This document shows positions 9,457 through 20,189 of a DNA stretch of 64,000 bases, piece after piece. The stretch spans positions 5,888 through 69,887 of the forward strand of contig JAQBQU010000007.1 in assembly GCA_028286865.1 (NCBI GenBank), in the 5' to 3' direction. The position numbers and the translations under genes were made by a program. Positions within the stretch are counted from its first letter, which is position 1. Every line of letters begins with the position of its first letter. Below the pieces are notes generated by a model. The model made no database searches, was not told where the DNA came from, and was given only the letters and a program-made list of their open reading frames with translations. The stretch comes from Candidatus Kaiserbacteria bacterium. Its GTDB lineage: Bacteria; Patescibacteriota; Minisyncoccia; Phycocordibacterales; UBA2100.

Positions 9457-11523
9457 CTACCGTGCGGCCGGAACGACCGTCGCCTTGTCCGACGTGAAGC
9501 CCGGGTCGGTGCCCACGAGCGCATCGGAGGAGGTCTTGGAGACCTGGGAAAGGTTGGTGTTCACTTCGGGGGTGGTCGTCTTTTTGATGACCTTTCCGGT
9601 CGCCGCGTCGGTACCGGTAAGCGTTATGTTCTTGACCAGGCTCGGCTGCTCGCCGATCTGGCTCGTAGACGGGGTGAATCCGATAGAGATCGCCATCTGG
9701 CGCGGAGCAAGACCGTTGGTCCCGACACCGGGGGCGATGTCACCCACGTTCCAGGTGAAGGTACCGTCGGCCTGATTGAATATGAGACTCTCCGTCGAAG
9801 GAGCGTGTGACCCGATCCAGCGCACATACGGCGGAAGCGTTGCGGTGACCTTCGCTCCGGTGAGCGCGTTGGTGGTGTTGGTGATCGTAAAGACGAGCGC
9901 ATACGTGGTCTCGGTACCCGCAGTCGGAGGAAGCGGTCCTGTGGAGACGAACGGATTGGCATAATAGAGCGCCTGCGCATTGAGTTCGAGATCGGTCGCA
10001 AGTTTGAGGCGCTGCTGCGCGACCGATTGAAGATTCTGCGGCACTCCCGTGTCCGAGAGGCGCTTGCCTGCAGCATTCACACTAATATCAAGATGCGGAT
10101 TCGAAACATTCTTCAGGTCCGCCGAAGACGGCACCTTGAAGGTGAACGATACGGTGCCTTTAGCTCCCGGCGCGAGTGTTTTCAAGACACCATTAGTGGT
10201 CGTTTTGTCCCATAAGACCGTATTGTCGGTCGACCGATAGAAACCGTCGGCAGTCCCGACCGTCGAGCCGTCGATCTGAAGGCCCGAGAGGCGCGCCACG
10301 ATGATGGCGTCGTTTATTTCGGTGGCCAGATGATTTGTATATTCGACCGAGATCGAGACCGTATCCCCCGGCGAAATGACGGAACTCGTCCCGAGCGAGG
10401 CCACCGCGGCGGCACTGTTGGGACCACCGTCAAAGCCGGATTGACCCGGTGTCGTGGTCGAAGTCGTATTCTTGTTCACCGAGATAGTGAGTCCCAAGAA
10501 CGGCTGCGAGATCGCAAGCGGATAGGAATTATTCGAAAGCGGCGTATCGATCGCGAGCGCGGTGCTCACGGCGCGGGTCCCTGTCGTGATGTGGAATACA
10601 CGACTGTCCCCCGGTTCACCGGAAAGTATGCCGCGTACCGCGATCTCTTTGTGCTGCCCCGGCGAGAGATCCCCCACGCTCCACAATCCGGTGGCGATCG
10701 GTGCCGGATCAGACGATTTGAATGTGAAGCCGAAGGGATAGTCGATGTGCACGAGCATGTCCTTGATCGGGGCCGATGCATTGGAGCCGACGTCGACAGT
10801 GAAAAACATCTCTTGGCCCGAAACGGTCTCGGTATTGCCGTCGACCGCGACCGTGACCGGAGAAGAGCCGAACGCGACATCATAATCGGAATCCGCCAGG
10901 AAGACCGCGTTGGATCCGGTGATGTGATATTCAAGCTCGACTTTCACCGTGGCATGAGTTCCCTGGGCCCCCGCGAAGACCGCCGAGATCGTTCCTTGTC
11001 GTGTGCCGCCGGGCTCGATCGTACCGAGCGGAATGCGTTGCGACGGAAAATCGGTCTTGAAGTCAGAGGGTGATCGGGTACCCGGCGGGTACGTAATGAC
11101 GAGTTCCGCGAGCTCGAGTGCCACGCTGTTGTGATTGGTCACGACCAGCTGAAGCTTGGTCGCTTCCCCGCCGGCAATTTCCGACGGACCCGAAACGGCA
11201 ATATCGATGTTCGACGCTGAGGCGTGAGAGCTCCCTGCGCCGAAGAGGAAGTAGTATGCGAAAAAGAGAAGTGCGCAGACGAAGAATGTGACCGCGGCGG
11301 CAAGGAACCACCAGAGCAGTTTGCGCGTATACCCGATCATGCGCGGCGCGACCATCATACCCGATGCTTCCGGCTCGGGTTGCGCCCAATCCTCGCCGAC
11401 CGCCTGTCGCGTGAGGTCGAGCGCATGCCGCGGCTTCTCGTGCAGCTTGTCGGAGAGCGAGCGCGAGTACATTGCGCGGCGCAGGCGTTCTATTTTCTCC
11501 TTCTCATGATCCGAAGGGTCCAT
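9457..11523 (-). CDS. Membrane-anchored protein with multiple Ig-like/DUF11-type beta domains
   Basis: Single TM near N-terminus, repeated WxxGxLxPG motifs; 688 aa ORF. Confidence 0.7.
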   Translation of the reverse strand: MDPSDHEKEKIERLRRAMYSRSLSDKLHEKPRHALDLTRQAVGEDWAQPEPEASGMMVAPRMIGYTRKLLWWFLAAAVTFFVCALLFFAYYFLFGAGSSHASASNIDIAVSGPSEIAGGEATKLQLVVTNHNSVALELAELVITYPPGTRSPSDFKTDFPSQRIPLGTIEPGGTRQGTISAVFAGAQGTHATVKVELEYHITGSNAVFLADSDYDVAFGSSPVTVAVDGNTETVSGQEMFFTVDVGSNASAPIKDMLVHIDYPFGFTFKSSDPAPIATGLWSVGDLSPGQHKEIAVRGILSGEPGDSRVFHITTGTRAVSTALAIDTPLSNNSYPLAISQPFLGLTISVNKNTTSTTTPGQSGFDGGPNSAAAVASLGTSSVISPGDTVSISVEYTNHLATEINDAIIVARLSGLQIDGSTVGTADGFYRSTDNTVLWDKTTTNGVLKTLAPGAKGTVSFTFKVPSSADLKNVSNPHLDISVNAAGKRLSDTGVPQNLQSVAQQRLKLATDLELNAQALYYANPFVSTGPLPPTAGTETTYALVFTITNTTNALTGAKVTATLPPYVRWIGSHAPSTESLIFNQADGTFTWNVGDIAPGVGTNGLAPRQMAISIGFTPSTSQIGEQPSLVKNITLTGTDAATGKVIKKTTTPEVNTNLSQVSKTSSDALVGTDPGFTSDKATVVPAAR

Positions 11524-11547
11524 TCACGCAATATTACCACGCAGTGA

Positions 11548-13338
11548 CTACTCCGCGTCGCGATCTTCGTCTCGTTCGAACAAAAGCTCATCAGGGAGGC
11601 GGAAAAGCCCTTCATCGTTCTTCTTTTGCTCCATGAAGTGCGCAATGAAGCCGACCGAGCGCGGAATTATGAAGAGCGCATTGAAAAATTCCGTATCCAC
11701 AAGCTCGCGCAATGCCGCCGTATCCATCTCCTCCTTCTCAGCAAGAATATCGAGTAAGACCGCCGCCATAACGCCGTCGACATTGAGGATGAGGTTACCG
11801 TTCTTGCCCGTCGTCACCCCTTCGATGGCGCGAGCGAAATCGTAATGAGGGTGTGCACTGAGCAGTTTCGTGAATTCAGCAAGGGCGGCCACGCGTGGAT
11901 CGGGGATACCGACCCGATATTTGCGATGCCCGATCCCGGCGAGGAGCTTCCCTTCTTTCGTCTTGTTCTCGACGAATTCCTTTGCCGATACTTTGGAGGC
12001 GGCCCCTTCGTACCAGGCACGGGCCGCTTCGTTGACCGCGCCGCCAAATCGCGGACCGATCGTAAGAAGCCCTGCGGCAAGCGACGATACCATGTCCTTT
12101 CCGGCTCGCGCCGTGATCATCGTATTGACCGCGCCCGAGACGTGCCCGCCATGATCCATGAGCAGTTCGAAGATATTCTCGACGAATGCGGCAGTGACGT
12201 CGCTCACGTCGCGACCGATGAGTGCCTTGAGGGTCGCGGCCGCAAAGCCGTTCTGTTCCTGCGGCACGAGTGCGCCGTTTTTGACGAACTCGGGGACCGC
12301 ATCGAGGTCTACGATGTGCCGGGTCGAAAGTATACTCGATGCGCGTTGCATATAGACGTTTATATCCGACACTGTATCACCCCGAGGACTCTCCGGAAGC
12401 CCGCGCATTGCGGCAAGGAACTGCGGGAATGTCTCGGGAGCGATGGCTCCGGCAGATGCCAGTGCCTCGCGCTTTTCGCGCGCGCTTTCGCCCAGGTGTG
12501 CAACGAGCGCCTTCGCGTGCCCGAATTGCATATGTTCATCGAACGCTTCATCGATGACGCCCGCGATATAGCAGAGGATCGGCTTGGTGAGTTTTCCTTG
12601 TTTCAAAAGCTCAACGATCTCGTATTCGTCCACCCCGCCGAGTTCACCGAAATAGACTATTCCCTCTGTATTCGCATCGTTCTGCGCCATGAGGAGCACG
12701 TCGGAGAGTGACGTCACCGGGAAGCGGTCGCCGCCGATGCAGAGCGAAAATGAGACCCGCTTTCCGGCACCTGCGACCGCCGTGATGAGCTCATTGGTCA
12801 TGCCGCCGGAAGTCGAAACTACCGCGATATTCCCCGGCGTTGTAAGTTTTCCCTGCACGAGCTGCGCGGCGCCGATCCCGCCGATGGCGCCCAACTTCAT
12901 ATGACCGGGCACCAAAAGCCCCACTCCGGAAGGTCCGGCGATCACATATTTTTGTCCGTGCGTTTTAACGAGTTCGGTGGCATGGATCTCGGGGATATTC
13001 TCCGCAAAAAGGTGTCCGCCGAGCGCCTCGGGGAATCGCTGAAAGAATACAACGGTCGATTCGTACACGCGGCGCCCCGACTGCATATTGAGCATCCATT
13101 TGACGCGCGATGTATCTTTTTGCGGCACATCGGCGACACTTCGATAGCATGGAATGAGTATTTCTTTCGGGCCGAAGAAGAATTTTTGCGCTTTTCGCGT
13201 TGAAGCAATGATGCACACGATAGATGCCGGCTTTCCCGCGAGATGATCGAAATCGAGTATCGATTGCACGATACCGGGATGATTCCCGATCACAAGAATT
13301 CCTGTTTCTCCATTTCTGATGCGTTCGAGTGTTGTCAT
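11548..13338 (-). CDS. aclA: ATP-citrate lyase alpha subunit (CoA-binding plus citryl-CoA lyase domains)
   Basis: SGGMTNEL, IGGDRFP, QFGHA (phospho-His), DHGGHVSGA, GIGHR, LNVDG. Confidence 0.9.
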   Translation of the reverse strand: MTTLERIRNGETGILVIGNHPGIVQSILDFDHLAGKPASIVCIIASTRKAQKFFFGPKEILIPCYRSVADVPQKDTSRVKWMLNMQSGRRVYESTVVFFQRFPEALGGHLFAENIPEIHATELVKTHGQKYVIAGPSGVGLLVPGHMKLGAIGGIGAAQLVQGKLTTPGNIAVVSTSGGMTNELITAVAGAGKRVSFSLCIGGDRFPVTSLSDVLLMAQNDANTEGIVYFGELGGVDEYEIVELLKQGKLTKPILCYIAGVIDEAFDEHMQFGHAKALVAHLGESAREKREALASAGAIAPETFPQFLAAMRGLPESPRGDTVSDINVYMQRASSILSTRHIVDLDAVPEFVKNGALVPQEQNGFAAATLKALIGRDVSDVTAAFVENIFELLMDHGGHVSGAVNTMITARAGKDMVSSLAAGLLTIGPRFGGAVNEAARAWYEGAASKVSAKEFVENKTKEGKLLAGIGHRKYRVGIPDPRVAALAEFTKLLSAHPHYDFARAIEGVTTGKNGNLILNVDGVMAAVLLDILAEKEEMDTAALRELVDTEFFNALFIIPRSVGFIAHFMEQKKNDEGLFRLPDELLFERDEDRDAE

Positions 13339-14486
13339 ACATTGATATACGCGATGGCCTCTTCGACGGCGGTCGTGATCACAGCGTCTGATCCGTGGAC
13401 CGAGCCGAGCAGTTGCTCTTTCTCTAGGAACGCTTGCATGAGAGTCAGGCCCTGCGCTTCGTTGGGCCCGCCGCGGCGTACGAATACTTTTACCGAGGCG
13501 CTGCGCAGCGCATCCGCAGATTCCTGTAGAGCATCAATGATGCCCAGGAATGTTTTCTTCACGTCAGTGAAGTTCGCGACACCCCCGGCGATCACTAGCG
13601 CTTTCTTTTGAGACTTTGATGCCTGCATGAGCGAAATGATCTCCTTTGCATACAAATACGTCTCTTCCCGTGTCGGCCCTCCGCTGTATTCGCCATAATT
13701 CGCCATGCGCTTCCCCGCTCCTTCGAGCTCGGCCTCGTCCGCAATGACGATAGAACCACCTCCGCCGGAGAGCAGAAAGAAAAGTGCTCCATTGGGGTCA
13801 ATGACGGAGAGCTTGAGCGAGGCCGGCGTCGTCGCAGCGAGTGCCTCGACCCGCTCTTCGGCAGCATGTTTTGCCTTTGCTTTAATGAAGTCGTCTTCGC
13901 CCCATGAATGCACAAAGAATGAGCCGGCACTATCCACCAAGACCGCAGCATCAAGTAGGTGCACTTCACCGTCCTTGATGACGAGCGGATTTATCTCCAG
14001 AAATGCGAGAAAATTATTGTTGAAAGAATCGACGACAGTGCGGAGGAACGTTTCTGGCAGCCCCGACTGTGCGGCGATAGAAGTGATATCAGCATCACTT
14101 TTGATCACATACGTCTGCACTGCTTCGGGATGCGCTTCGATATCAACACCACCGTCTTTGGTGTGCAGCATCCGTATCCCCTCGCGCACGCGCTCAAGCG
14201 CAAAATACTGCTCTTCGCTTGCATCATGTACCAAGAAAGGTTCGAGTAGGAACTGTGAGAACCCCCGCTCCTCCCACGATCTGATGGCTACAAGCATTTC
14301 ATCGGCGGGCTTGTTGACCGACACCAACCCCTGCTTAAATCGTTTTTTTACTCCCTGATCTACCTTCGCGACCCATTCGCCTTTTGGTATCTGCATACCA
14401 CTGCCCGATCGAAGCTGAATACCTTTATACGCATCACCGACGAGGATCTTCTTCGCGCGATATTCGCTGATCTTTACGCGAGACAT
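13335..14486 (-). CDS. aclB: ATP-citrate lyase beta subunit (ATP-grasp plus citrate-binding domains)
   Basis: LEINPL, GGGGSIV, NYGEYSG, GGVANFT, VRRGGPN; 4-bp overlap with aclA. Confidence 0.9.
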   Translation of the reverse strand: MSRVKISEYRAKKILVGDAYKGIQLRSGSGMQIPKGEWVAKVDQGVKKRFKQGLVSVNKPADEMLVAIRSWEERGFSQFLLEPFLVHDASEEQYFALERVREGIRMLHTKDGGVDIEAHPEAVQTYVIKSDADITSIAAQSGLPETFLRTVVDSFNNNFLAFLEINPLVIKDGEVHLLDAAVLVDSAGSFFVHSWGEDDFIKAKAKHAAEERVEALAATTPASLKLSVIDPNGALFFLLSGGGGSIVIADEAELEGAGKRMANYGEYSGGPTREETYLYAKEIISLMQASKSQKKALVIAGGVANFTDVKKTFLGIIDALQESADALRSASVKVFVRRGGPNEAQGLTLMQAFLEKEQLLGSVHGSDAVITTAVEEAIAYINV

Positions 14487-14490
14487 ACAT

Positions 14491-14925
14491 TTAGAATGCT
14501 AACTTGAAGACCTCGGTTTCCCGCTTCTTAAAGCCGAGGCGCATGTAAAGCTTCTGTGCCGCAACGCGGTCGGGCCCGCTTGTCAGATAGAGCTGTGTTG
14601 CCCCTGCATTTTTTGCCTCCTGTATCAGCACTTCCATTATCTTCTGACCGAGACCCTGGCCGCGATACGCTTCATCAACAACAACATCTTCAACAAAGCC
14701 TGTTTTTTTACCAAACTTTTGCGCGAGGTAGGCGGTCGCCATTCCGACGATCTTGCCCTCATCTCGCACAGCGATAAAGATAATGTTCTTGTCCGAAATG
14801 ATCGCACTGAGATGCTGCTCTGTTCCAAGTGGCTCACTCGGATCGCGACGCAACTGAAGAAGCAGGTTGTTTATTTCCTTGAGCGCATTATCCGATGATG
14901 ATGTCATTCGTTCGACGGCGATCAT
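14491..14925 (-). CDS. GNAT acetyltransferase
   Basis: VEDVVVDEAYRGQGLG; LYMRLGF. Confidence 0.88.
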   Translation of the reverse strand: MIAVERMTSSSDNALKEINNLLLQLRRDPSEPLGTEQHLSAIISDKNIIFIAVRDEGKIVGMATAYLAQKFGKKTGFVEDVVVDEAYRGQGLGQKIMEVLIQEAKNAGATQLYLTSGPDRVAAQKLYMRLGFKKRETEVFKLAF

Positions 14926-14940
14926 ACGAAGAGCCTAGCG

Positions 14941-15510
14941 TTAGAGGTGGGTTTCGGCAAGGGCGTTATTGATCGACCGAAGCAGCTCCGGCTTAAGCTC
15001 TTCGGCCTCTGTAAGGTGCACGGCCTGATATGCGGTGTGTGAAAAAAGCGTTGATCTGAGCGCTTCGGCGGATATGTAGCCAAGTGAGTATAGGATACGT
15101 GCCACACACATGATCTCGATCGTCGGATACGCGTCCGGCGTCGTGATGAGTGCTTCGTGCGCTTCCATGAGTGTCTGGAAAATGTATTCGTTATTCTCAT
15201 CCACCCCGACGAATCGCATCGCAAGCTCTGCGATGCGGGCGAATGTCGCGAGCACCTGCGGAGAGCCCTGGGCGGTAAGGATCGCGGTCGCTCCGGCGGC
15301 ACGCCAGCCGTTCTTGCCGCGCACCAGCGACACATGGGCATACGTGTAATTCTGGAGCGCGTAGCGCATCTTCGACTTTTCGCTGCGGATCGCAGAAGCG
15401 CGTGCGCGAACGAGCCCAAAGTCGCGGGTAAAGAGCGTGATGGTACGGTCAGACTCGCCCGTTTCGCGGCTTCCGAGTACGAGTGCCTCTGTGTGATACT
15501 TTTGGTACAC
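14941..15510 (-). CDS. recO: DNA repair protein RecO
   Basis: GESDRTITLFTRDFGLVRARASAIRSEKSK N-terminal OB fold; GTG start. Confidence 0.85.
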   Translation of the reverse strand: MYQKYHTEALVLGSRETGESDRTITLFTRDFGLVRARASAIRSEKSKMRYALQNYTYAHVSLVRGKNGWRAAGATAILTAQGSPQVLATFARIAELAMRFVGVDENNEYIFQTLMEAHEALITTPDAYPTIEIMCVARILYSLGYISAEALRSTLFSHTAYQAVHLTEAEELKPELLRSINNALAETHL

Positions 15511-15514
15511 GTTT

Positions 15515-18382
15515 TTATTTATCGAGCTCGATGGATCGTTTTTCTCCTACAACCCACTTCGTGATTGTTGTATTGGTCGCCTTCTGAAGTTCTTGTGTGC
15601 GCGTTTTAAGAATGTCGATTTCAGCCTGTGGAGCACTTAATATCGACGACACATGTGCCCCCGGCTTTAGGTCCTGTTCTTTACGGAATGCTTGGATTTC
15701 CCGCACCACATCACGCAGCATCCCATCTTCTCTGAGCGCCTCCGTAAGGGTGACATCAAGCACAACGCCTTCCCCATGCGGCACCACGATCTTCACGTTC
15801 ACCTCGTCGGCAATGATCGAGCGGAGCGCTTCAGAGAGCCGCGAGGTGCCCGGGATGGAAAGTGAGGCCAGTGGCTGGCGCACCTTGATCCCGGCCTTGT
15901 CGCGCGCTTCGAGCGCTTGCGTCACGATATCGCGGGCGGATTCCATCATTTCGAGCACTGATCTGCCGTCATCTCCTCCGAAGAGCTTTGCCCACATGCC
16001 GGCCTTTCTTGATACTTCCGGCCACATCGCGAGGTGCACACTTTCCTCGTCCTCTCCTTCCTTTACTGCTTGGAAGAGGTATTCGGCGAAGAACGGTGCC
16101 GATGGCGCCATGACGAGTGCGAGGCGATGGAGCACGAACCGTATCGTCGCGAGTGCGGCTTTCTTGTCGACCCCGTCTTCCTTGAAGCGATCACGCGAAC
16201 GTCGCAGATACCATACCGACAGATCATCGATGAATCCCGATATCGGACGCGTTGCGCTATCGAGCTGGTACTTTTCAAATGCATCAGTCACTTCTTTGAT
16301 GACGCTATCGAGGCGTGCCACGATCCACACATCGAGCACGTGCTCGCTTTGCCAGTCGCGCGGCGTCGAGTCTTCGTAGAGCTTGTAGAACGAGAGCACA
16401 TTGTTGAGTCGTCCGAGATTCTTCTTTGCCATTTCATCCACTCCCCGCTCCGAAAAACTCAGATTCTCAGCCTGCATGACCGGAGAGGAAAGCAGATACA
16501 TACGCAGCGCATCCGCCCCGTGCCGCTCGACGACCTCCATCGGGTCGGGATAGTTCTGGAGCCGCTTCGACATTTTCTTCCCATCTTCGGCAAGCACGAT
16601 GCCGTTGACGATCACATTCTGGAACGCATTTTTGTTGAACAAAGCTCCCCCGAGCACATGCAGGTAGTAGAACCATGCACGCGTCTGGTCCTGGCCCTCG
16701 GCGATGAACTGGGCCGGGAACGCCGCGTCGAACTTCTCCTTGTTCTCAAACGGATAATGCTGCGAGCCGTACGGCATCGAGCCCGAATCGAACCAGGTGT
16801 CGAGCACGTCAGGAACGCGCTTCATCGTGCCGCCGCATGCGCACGGGACAGTCACGAGATCGATCACGTGCTTGTGCAGGTCGTCGATCTTCTTGCCGCT
16901 TGCCTCTTCGAGTTCCGATGCCGAGCCGAATACCTTCTTCTCTTTGCATTTCTCACACACCCAGATCGGGATCACGCTCGCCCAGAATCGCTGGCGCGAT
17001 ATTCCCCAATCGCGCGCTCCCTCGAGCCACTTGCCGAATCGTCCTTCTTTGATGTGTTCGGGCGACCAATTGATAGATTTCGCGTGCGAAAGCAGATCCG
17101 TTTTCAGTTTAGTTACAGAAACAAACCACGACGAGGTCGCGTAATTCAAAAGCGGCGTATCGCAGCGCCAGCAGTGCGGATATGAGTGCGTGATGTTCTC
17201 CTTGGAAAAGAAAGTGCTGTGATCCTGCAGATATTTCAATACCGCGATGTCGGTACCGAGGCGCACCTTATCGTCATCGGATTTCGGCTTGGCTTCGAGG
17301 CCCGCAAAGTCGGTGACCTCCGGCTTCATCGTGCCGTCCATATTCACGTGCTGTACAAAAGGCAGATTCACCTGTTTCAAAAGCTCCCAGTCATCTGCAC
17401 CGAATGCAGGGGCCTCGTGTGCGATACCCGTACCGCTCTCGGCAGTGACGAAATCCGCGGCATACACCTTCCATCCATTCTCGCGATTCTTGAGCGTTGT
17501 GTCGTTGATGTAGTAATCGAACGGCGGCGTGTACTTCTTTCCGACCAGCTCTGATCCTTTCTGAGTTGCGACGATCGTAAACGGCTGCCCATCGAACACG
17601 TGTTCGACACGATCCTTTGCCACGATATACCGAACCCCTTCCCGTTCAGCGGTCACATATTCAACATCCGCGCCTACTGCAATCGCGACATTACCTGGAA
17701 GAGTCCACGGAGTGGTGGTCCAAGCCAACAGATACGTTCCCGGCTCATCGACGAGTTCAAACTTCACCGTGACCGAAATATCTTTTACATCCTTATACCC
17801 TTCCGATACTTCGGTCTGCGAAAGCGTGGTCTCGCAGCGCGGGCAGATGTGCATCGAGCGGTAGTCTTCGTACACGAGGCCCTTGTCGTAGATCTGCTTG
17901 AACACCCACCACACACTCTCCATGAATGGCTTGTCCATCGTGCGGTACGCGTTCTTCATGTCCGCCCAGCGGCCGATACGCGGAATGATCTTCTCCCACT
18001 CGTGCGCATATGTCAGCACCTGCTCGCGGCAGCGCTCGTTGAACTTCGCGATGCCGTATTCTTTGATGTCTTTCTTGTGCTTGAAGCCGAGTTCTTTCTC
18101 GACGATGTTCTCTATCGGGAGGCCGTGGCAGTCCCAACCCCACACCCGTGGTACGCGGTATCCGCGCATCGTCCAATAGCGCGGAACGACGTCTTTGATG
18201 ACAGAGGCGACGATGTGCCCGTAGTGCGGGAGTCCGGTCGCGAACGGCGGGCCGTCATAGAACACATAGTCGCCTTTTGGAGCATCGCGATCCACTGATT
18301 TATTGAAAATATCGTTCTCGTTCCAGAACGCGAGCATCGCCTCTTCGCGCTTATTTGTCTCACTTTTTGGCGCTTCACTCAT
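15515..18382 (-). CDS. ileS: Isoleucine--tRNA ligase (type 2)
   Basis: DGPPFATGLPHYGH, GWDCHGLP, WTTTPWTLP, DWGISRQRFW, KMSKR. Confidence 0.97.
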   Translation of the reverse strand: MSEAPKSETNKREEAMLAFWNENDIFNKSVDRDAPKGDYVFYDGPPFATGLPHYGHIVASVIKDVVPRYWTMRGYRVPRVWGWDCHGLPIENIVEKELGFKHKKDIKEYGIAKFNERCREQVLTYAHEWEKIIPRIGRWADMKNAYRTMDKPFMESVWWVFKQIYDKGLVYEDYRSMHICPRCETTLSQTEVSEGYKDVKDISVTVKFELVDEPGTYLLAWTTTPWTLPGNVAIAVGADVEYVTAEREGVRYIVAKDRVEHVFDGQPFTIVATQKGSELVGKKYTPPFDYYINDTTLKNRENGWKVYAADFVTAESGTGIAHEAPAFGADDWELLKQVNLPFVQHVNMDGTMKPEVTDFAGLEAKPKSDDDKVRLGTDIAVLKYLQDHSTFFSKENITHSYPHCWRCDTPLLNYATSSWFVSVTKLKTDLLSHAKSINWSPEHIKEGRFGKWLEGARDWGISRQRFWASVIPIWVCEKCKEKKVFGSASELEEASGKKIDDLHKHVIDLVTVPCACGGTMKRVPDVLDTWFDSGSMPYGSQHYPFENKEKFDAAFPAQFIAEGQDQTRAWFYYLHVLGGALFNKNAFQNVIVNGIVLAEDGKKMSKRLQNYPDPMEVVERHGADALRMYLLSSPVMQAENLSFSERGVDEMAKKNLGRLNNVLSFYKLYEDSTPRDWQSEHVLDVWIVARLDSVIKEVTDAFEKYQLDSATRPISGFIDDLSVWYLRRSRDRFKEDGVDKKAALATIRFVLHRLALVMAPSAPFFAEYLFQAVKEGEDEESVHLAMWPEVSRKAGMWAKLFGGDDGRSVLEMMESARDIVTQALEARDKAGIKVRQPLASLSIPGTSRLSEALRSIIADEVNVKIVVPHGEGVVLDVTLTEALREDGMLRDVVREIQAFRKEQDLKPGAHVSSILSAPQAEIDILKTRTQELQKATNTTITKWVVGEKRSIELDK

Positions 18383-18448
18383 TCCCGATATGGTAACAAA
18401 AAACCGAGACCGACGCGACGAATGCCGCTTCGGTCGAACCGGAAAAAA

Positions 18449-20122
18449 TTACATCTTTTTGGGTGCCGGAATGCCCAAAAGCCAGAGTCCGTTCTTGAGT
18501 GTCTGGCGGACAATATCTACAATTGCGACTTTATGAGCTGCGGCCGGAGTGCCATCAAGGATCTGCTCCTGTGCGTACCAGCTATTGAAGGCAGCGGCGA
18601 GATTGATGAGATAGGTAGCCACCAAATGCGGCTCAAGGTCTTCCTGCGCACGGAGCACGATGTCTTGGAATCGAGCGGTCAGCCGCGCGAGATCACTTAC
18701 TGCGGCAGTGGTATCAATACTCACCACCACGTTCGAGGCGACAGCTTTCTCAATGATGGCGCACGTGCGGGCATGCGTGTATTGCAGGTAAGGACCCGAA
18801 TCCCCCTCGAGTGCGAGTGCCCGTTCTCGGTCGAAGATAATATCCTTTCCTGTTCCGCCTTTGAGGATCTGAAATTTCACCGCCGCAACAGCCACATCAC
18901 GCGCGAGCTGTTCGATATCATCCGCACGACTCAGTGCCGCGCGCTCTTTTGCAGCGATCACGAGGTCATTGAGGAGTGACTCTCCGGTTACCACGTTGCC
19001 GGTGCGGGACGACATCTTCCCCTCCGGAAGACGCATCATGCCGTGTGAGACATGTTTTGTTTTCGCTGCAAGTTCGGGGAAGATCTCCCCCATCGCCGCG
19101 AGCAGCACTTTGAAATACTCATTCACCTCGTTGGCGGTGATGATGATCGATGTGTCGTATGCGTATTTCTCGTGCTTGAGCTTTGAAAGTCCGAGCTCTT
19201 TCGCTTCATACGTCGGTAACCCTTCGGAATTGAGGAAAACGCGGGTATGCAGGCCGTGCTTCTCTCCTTCGTACACCACTGCTCCGTCGCTCTTTTTAAA
19301 GATGCCGTCGTCGATGTGCATCTCTACGATCTGTTTGCCGACAGGCCCCGTCTCGCTCTCGAAGAAATAGAAATCGAACTTCGTACCAAGCAACGCATAC
19401 AATTCTTCGAAGTGATCAAGGGACGCTTTTCTTCCCTCGTCATAGAGCTCGTTTATCTTTGTATCGCTTCGGTCGTACACTTTTTTATTAATATCCGTGA
19501 TCTCTTTCTTCGCCGGAGAGTCATCGATGTCCGCCGCTGCCCCTGCCGCATATGCGCGACCGAGCGCTTTCACATCTCCCGCCGATCCGCCGGCCTGCAT
19601 GAGTCCCCAGATAGCACGAGCAACATGACGCCCCACATCGCCCTGATAATTGGCACGTCGCACTTCCGCCCCGGAAAACGTCACGAGCCGCGACAATGAT
19701 TCCCCTATCGAGTTCGTTACGAGATGGCCGATATGGAACTCTTTGAACGGATTGGGATCGGTATATTCAACAACGATCTTCTTTCCAATGAGTGAAGGAT
19801 TTCCTCCCCACATATCGGGCTCGCTTCGTCCGCTTTCAAGATTCGCCCAAATGATCTTCGGGTCGACGGAGAAATTGATGAATCCGGGACCCGCGATATC
19901 GATCGAGGTCACGCCGGCGATCTCCCCCATCATTTCAACAAGCTTCTCCGCGAGCACTCGCGGCGCCATATTGAATTCTTTGGCATATGCGAGCGCCGCG
20001 CTCGTCGCATAGTCGCCATGCGAGAGGTCGCCGGTGAGATCGAGCGACACCTTGGGAGTTTCAACGCCCAAGCGCGTAAGTGCGGCAGAAATACTTTTCT
20101 CTATCGTTGCCCTGACGTTCAT
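18449..20122 (-). CDS. argS: Arginine--tRNA ligase
   Basis: AGPGFIN, DPNPFKEFHIGH, KMSSRTG, GPYLQY. Confidence 0.97.
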   Translation of the reverse strand: MNVRATIEKSISAALTRLGVETPKVSLDLTGDLSHGDYATSAALAYAKEFNMAPRVLAEKLVEMMGEIAGVTSIDIAGPGFINFSVDPKIIWANLESGRSEPDMWGGNPSLIGKKIVVEYTDPNPFKEFHIGHLVTNSIGESLSRLVTFSGAEVRRANYQGDVGRHVARAIWGLMQAGGSAGDVKALGRAYAAGAAADIDDSPAKKEITDINKKVYDRSDTKINELYDEGRKASLDHFEELYALLGTKFDFYFFESETGPVGKQIVEMHIDDGIFKKSDGAVVYEGEKHGLHTRVFLNSEGLPTYEAKELGLSKLKHEKYAYDTSIIITANEVNEYFKVLLAAMGEIFPELAAKTKHVSHGMMRLPEGKMSSRTGNVVTGESLLNDLVIAAKERAALSRADDIEQLARDVAVAAVKFQILKGGTGKDIIFDRERALALEGDSGPYLQYTHARTCAIIEKAVASNVVVSIDTTAAVSDLARLTARFQDIVLRAQEDLEPHLVATYLINLAAAFNSWYAQEQILDGTPAAAHKVAIVDIVRQTLKNGLWLLGIPAPKKM

Positions 20123-20146
20123 GCGGGCATTGTACCTTGTGAGGCA

Positions 20147-20183
20147 CAAAAGAAAACGACCCCTTGCGGGGCCGTTTTCTTTT
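20147..20183. terminator. Terminator after rplK
   Basis: CAAAAGAAAACGACCCC-TTGC-GGGGCCGTTTTCTTTG hairpin. Confidence 0.75.
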
Positions 20184-20189
20184 GAAGAA

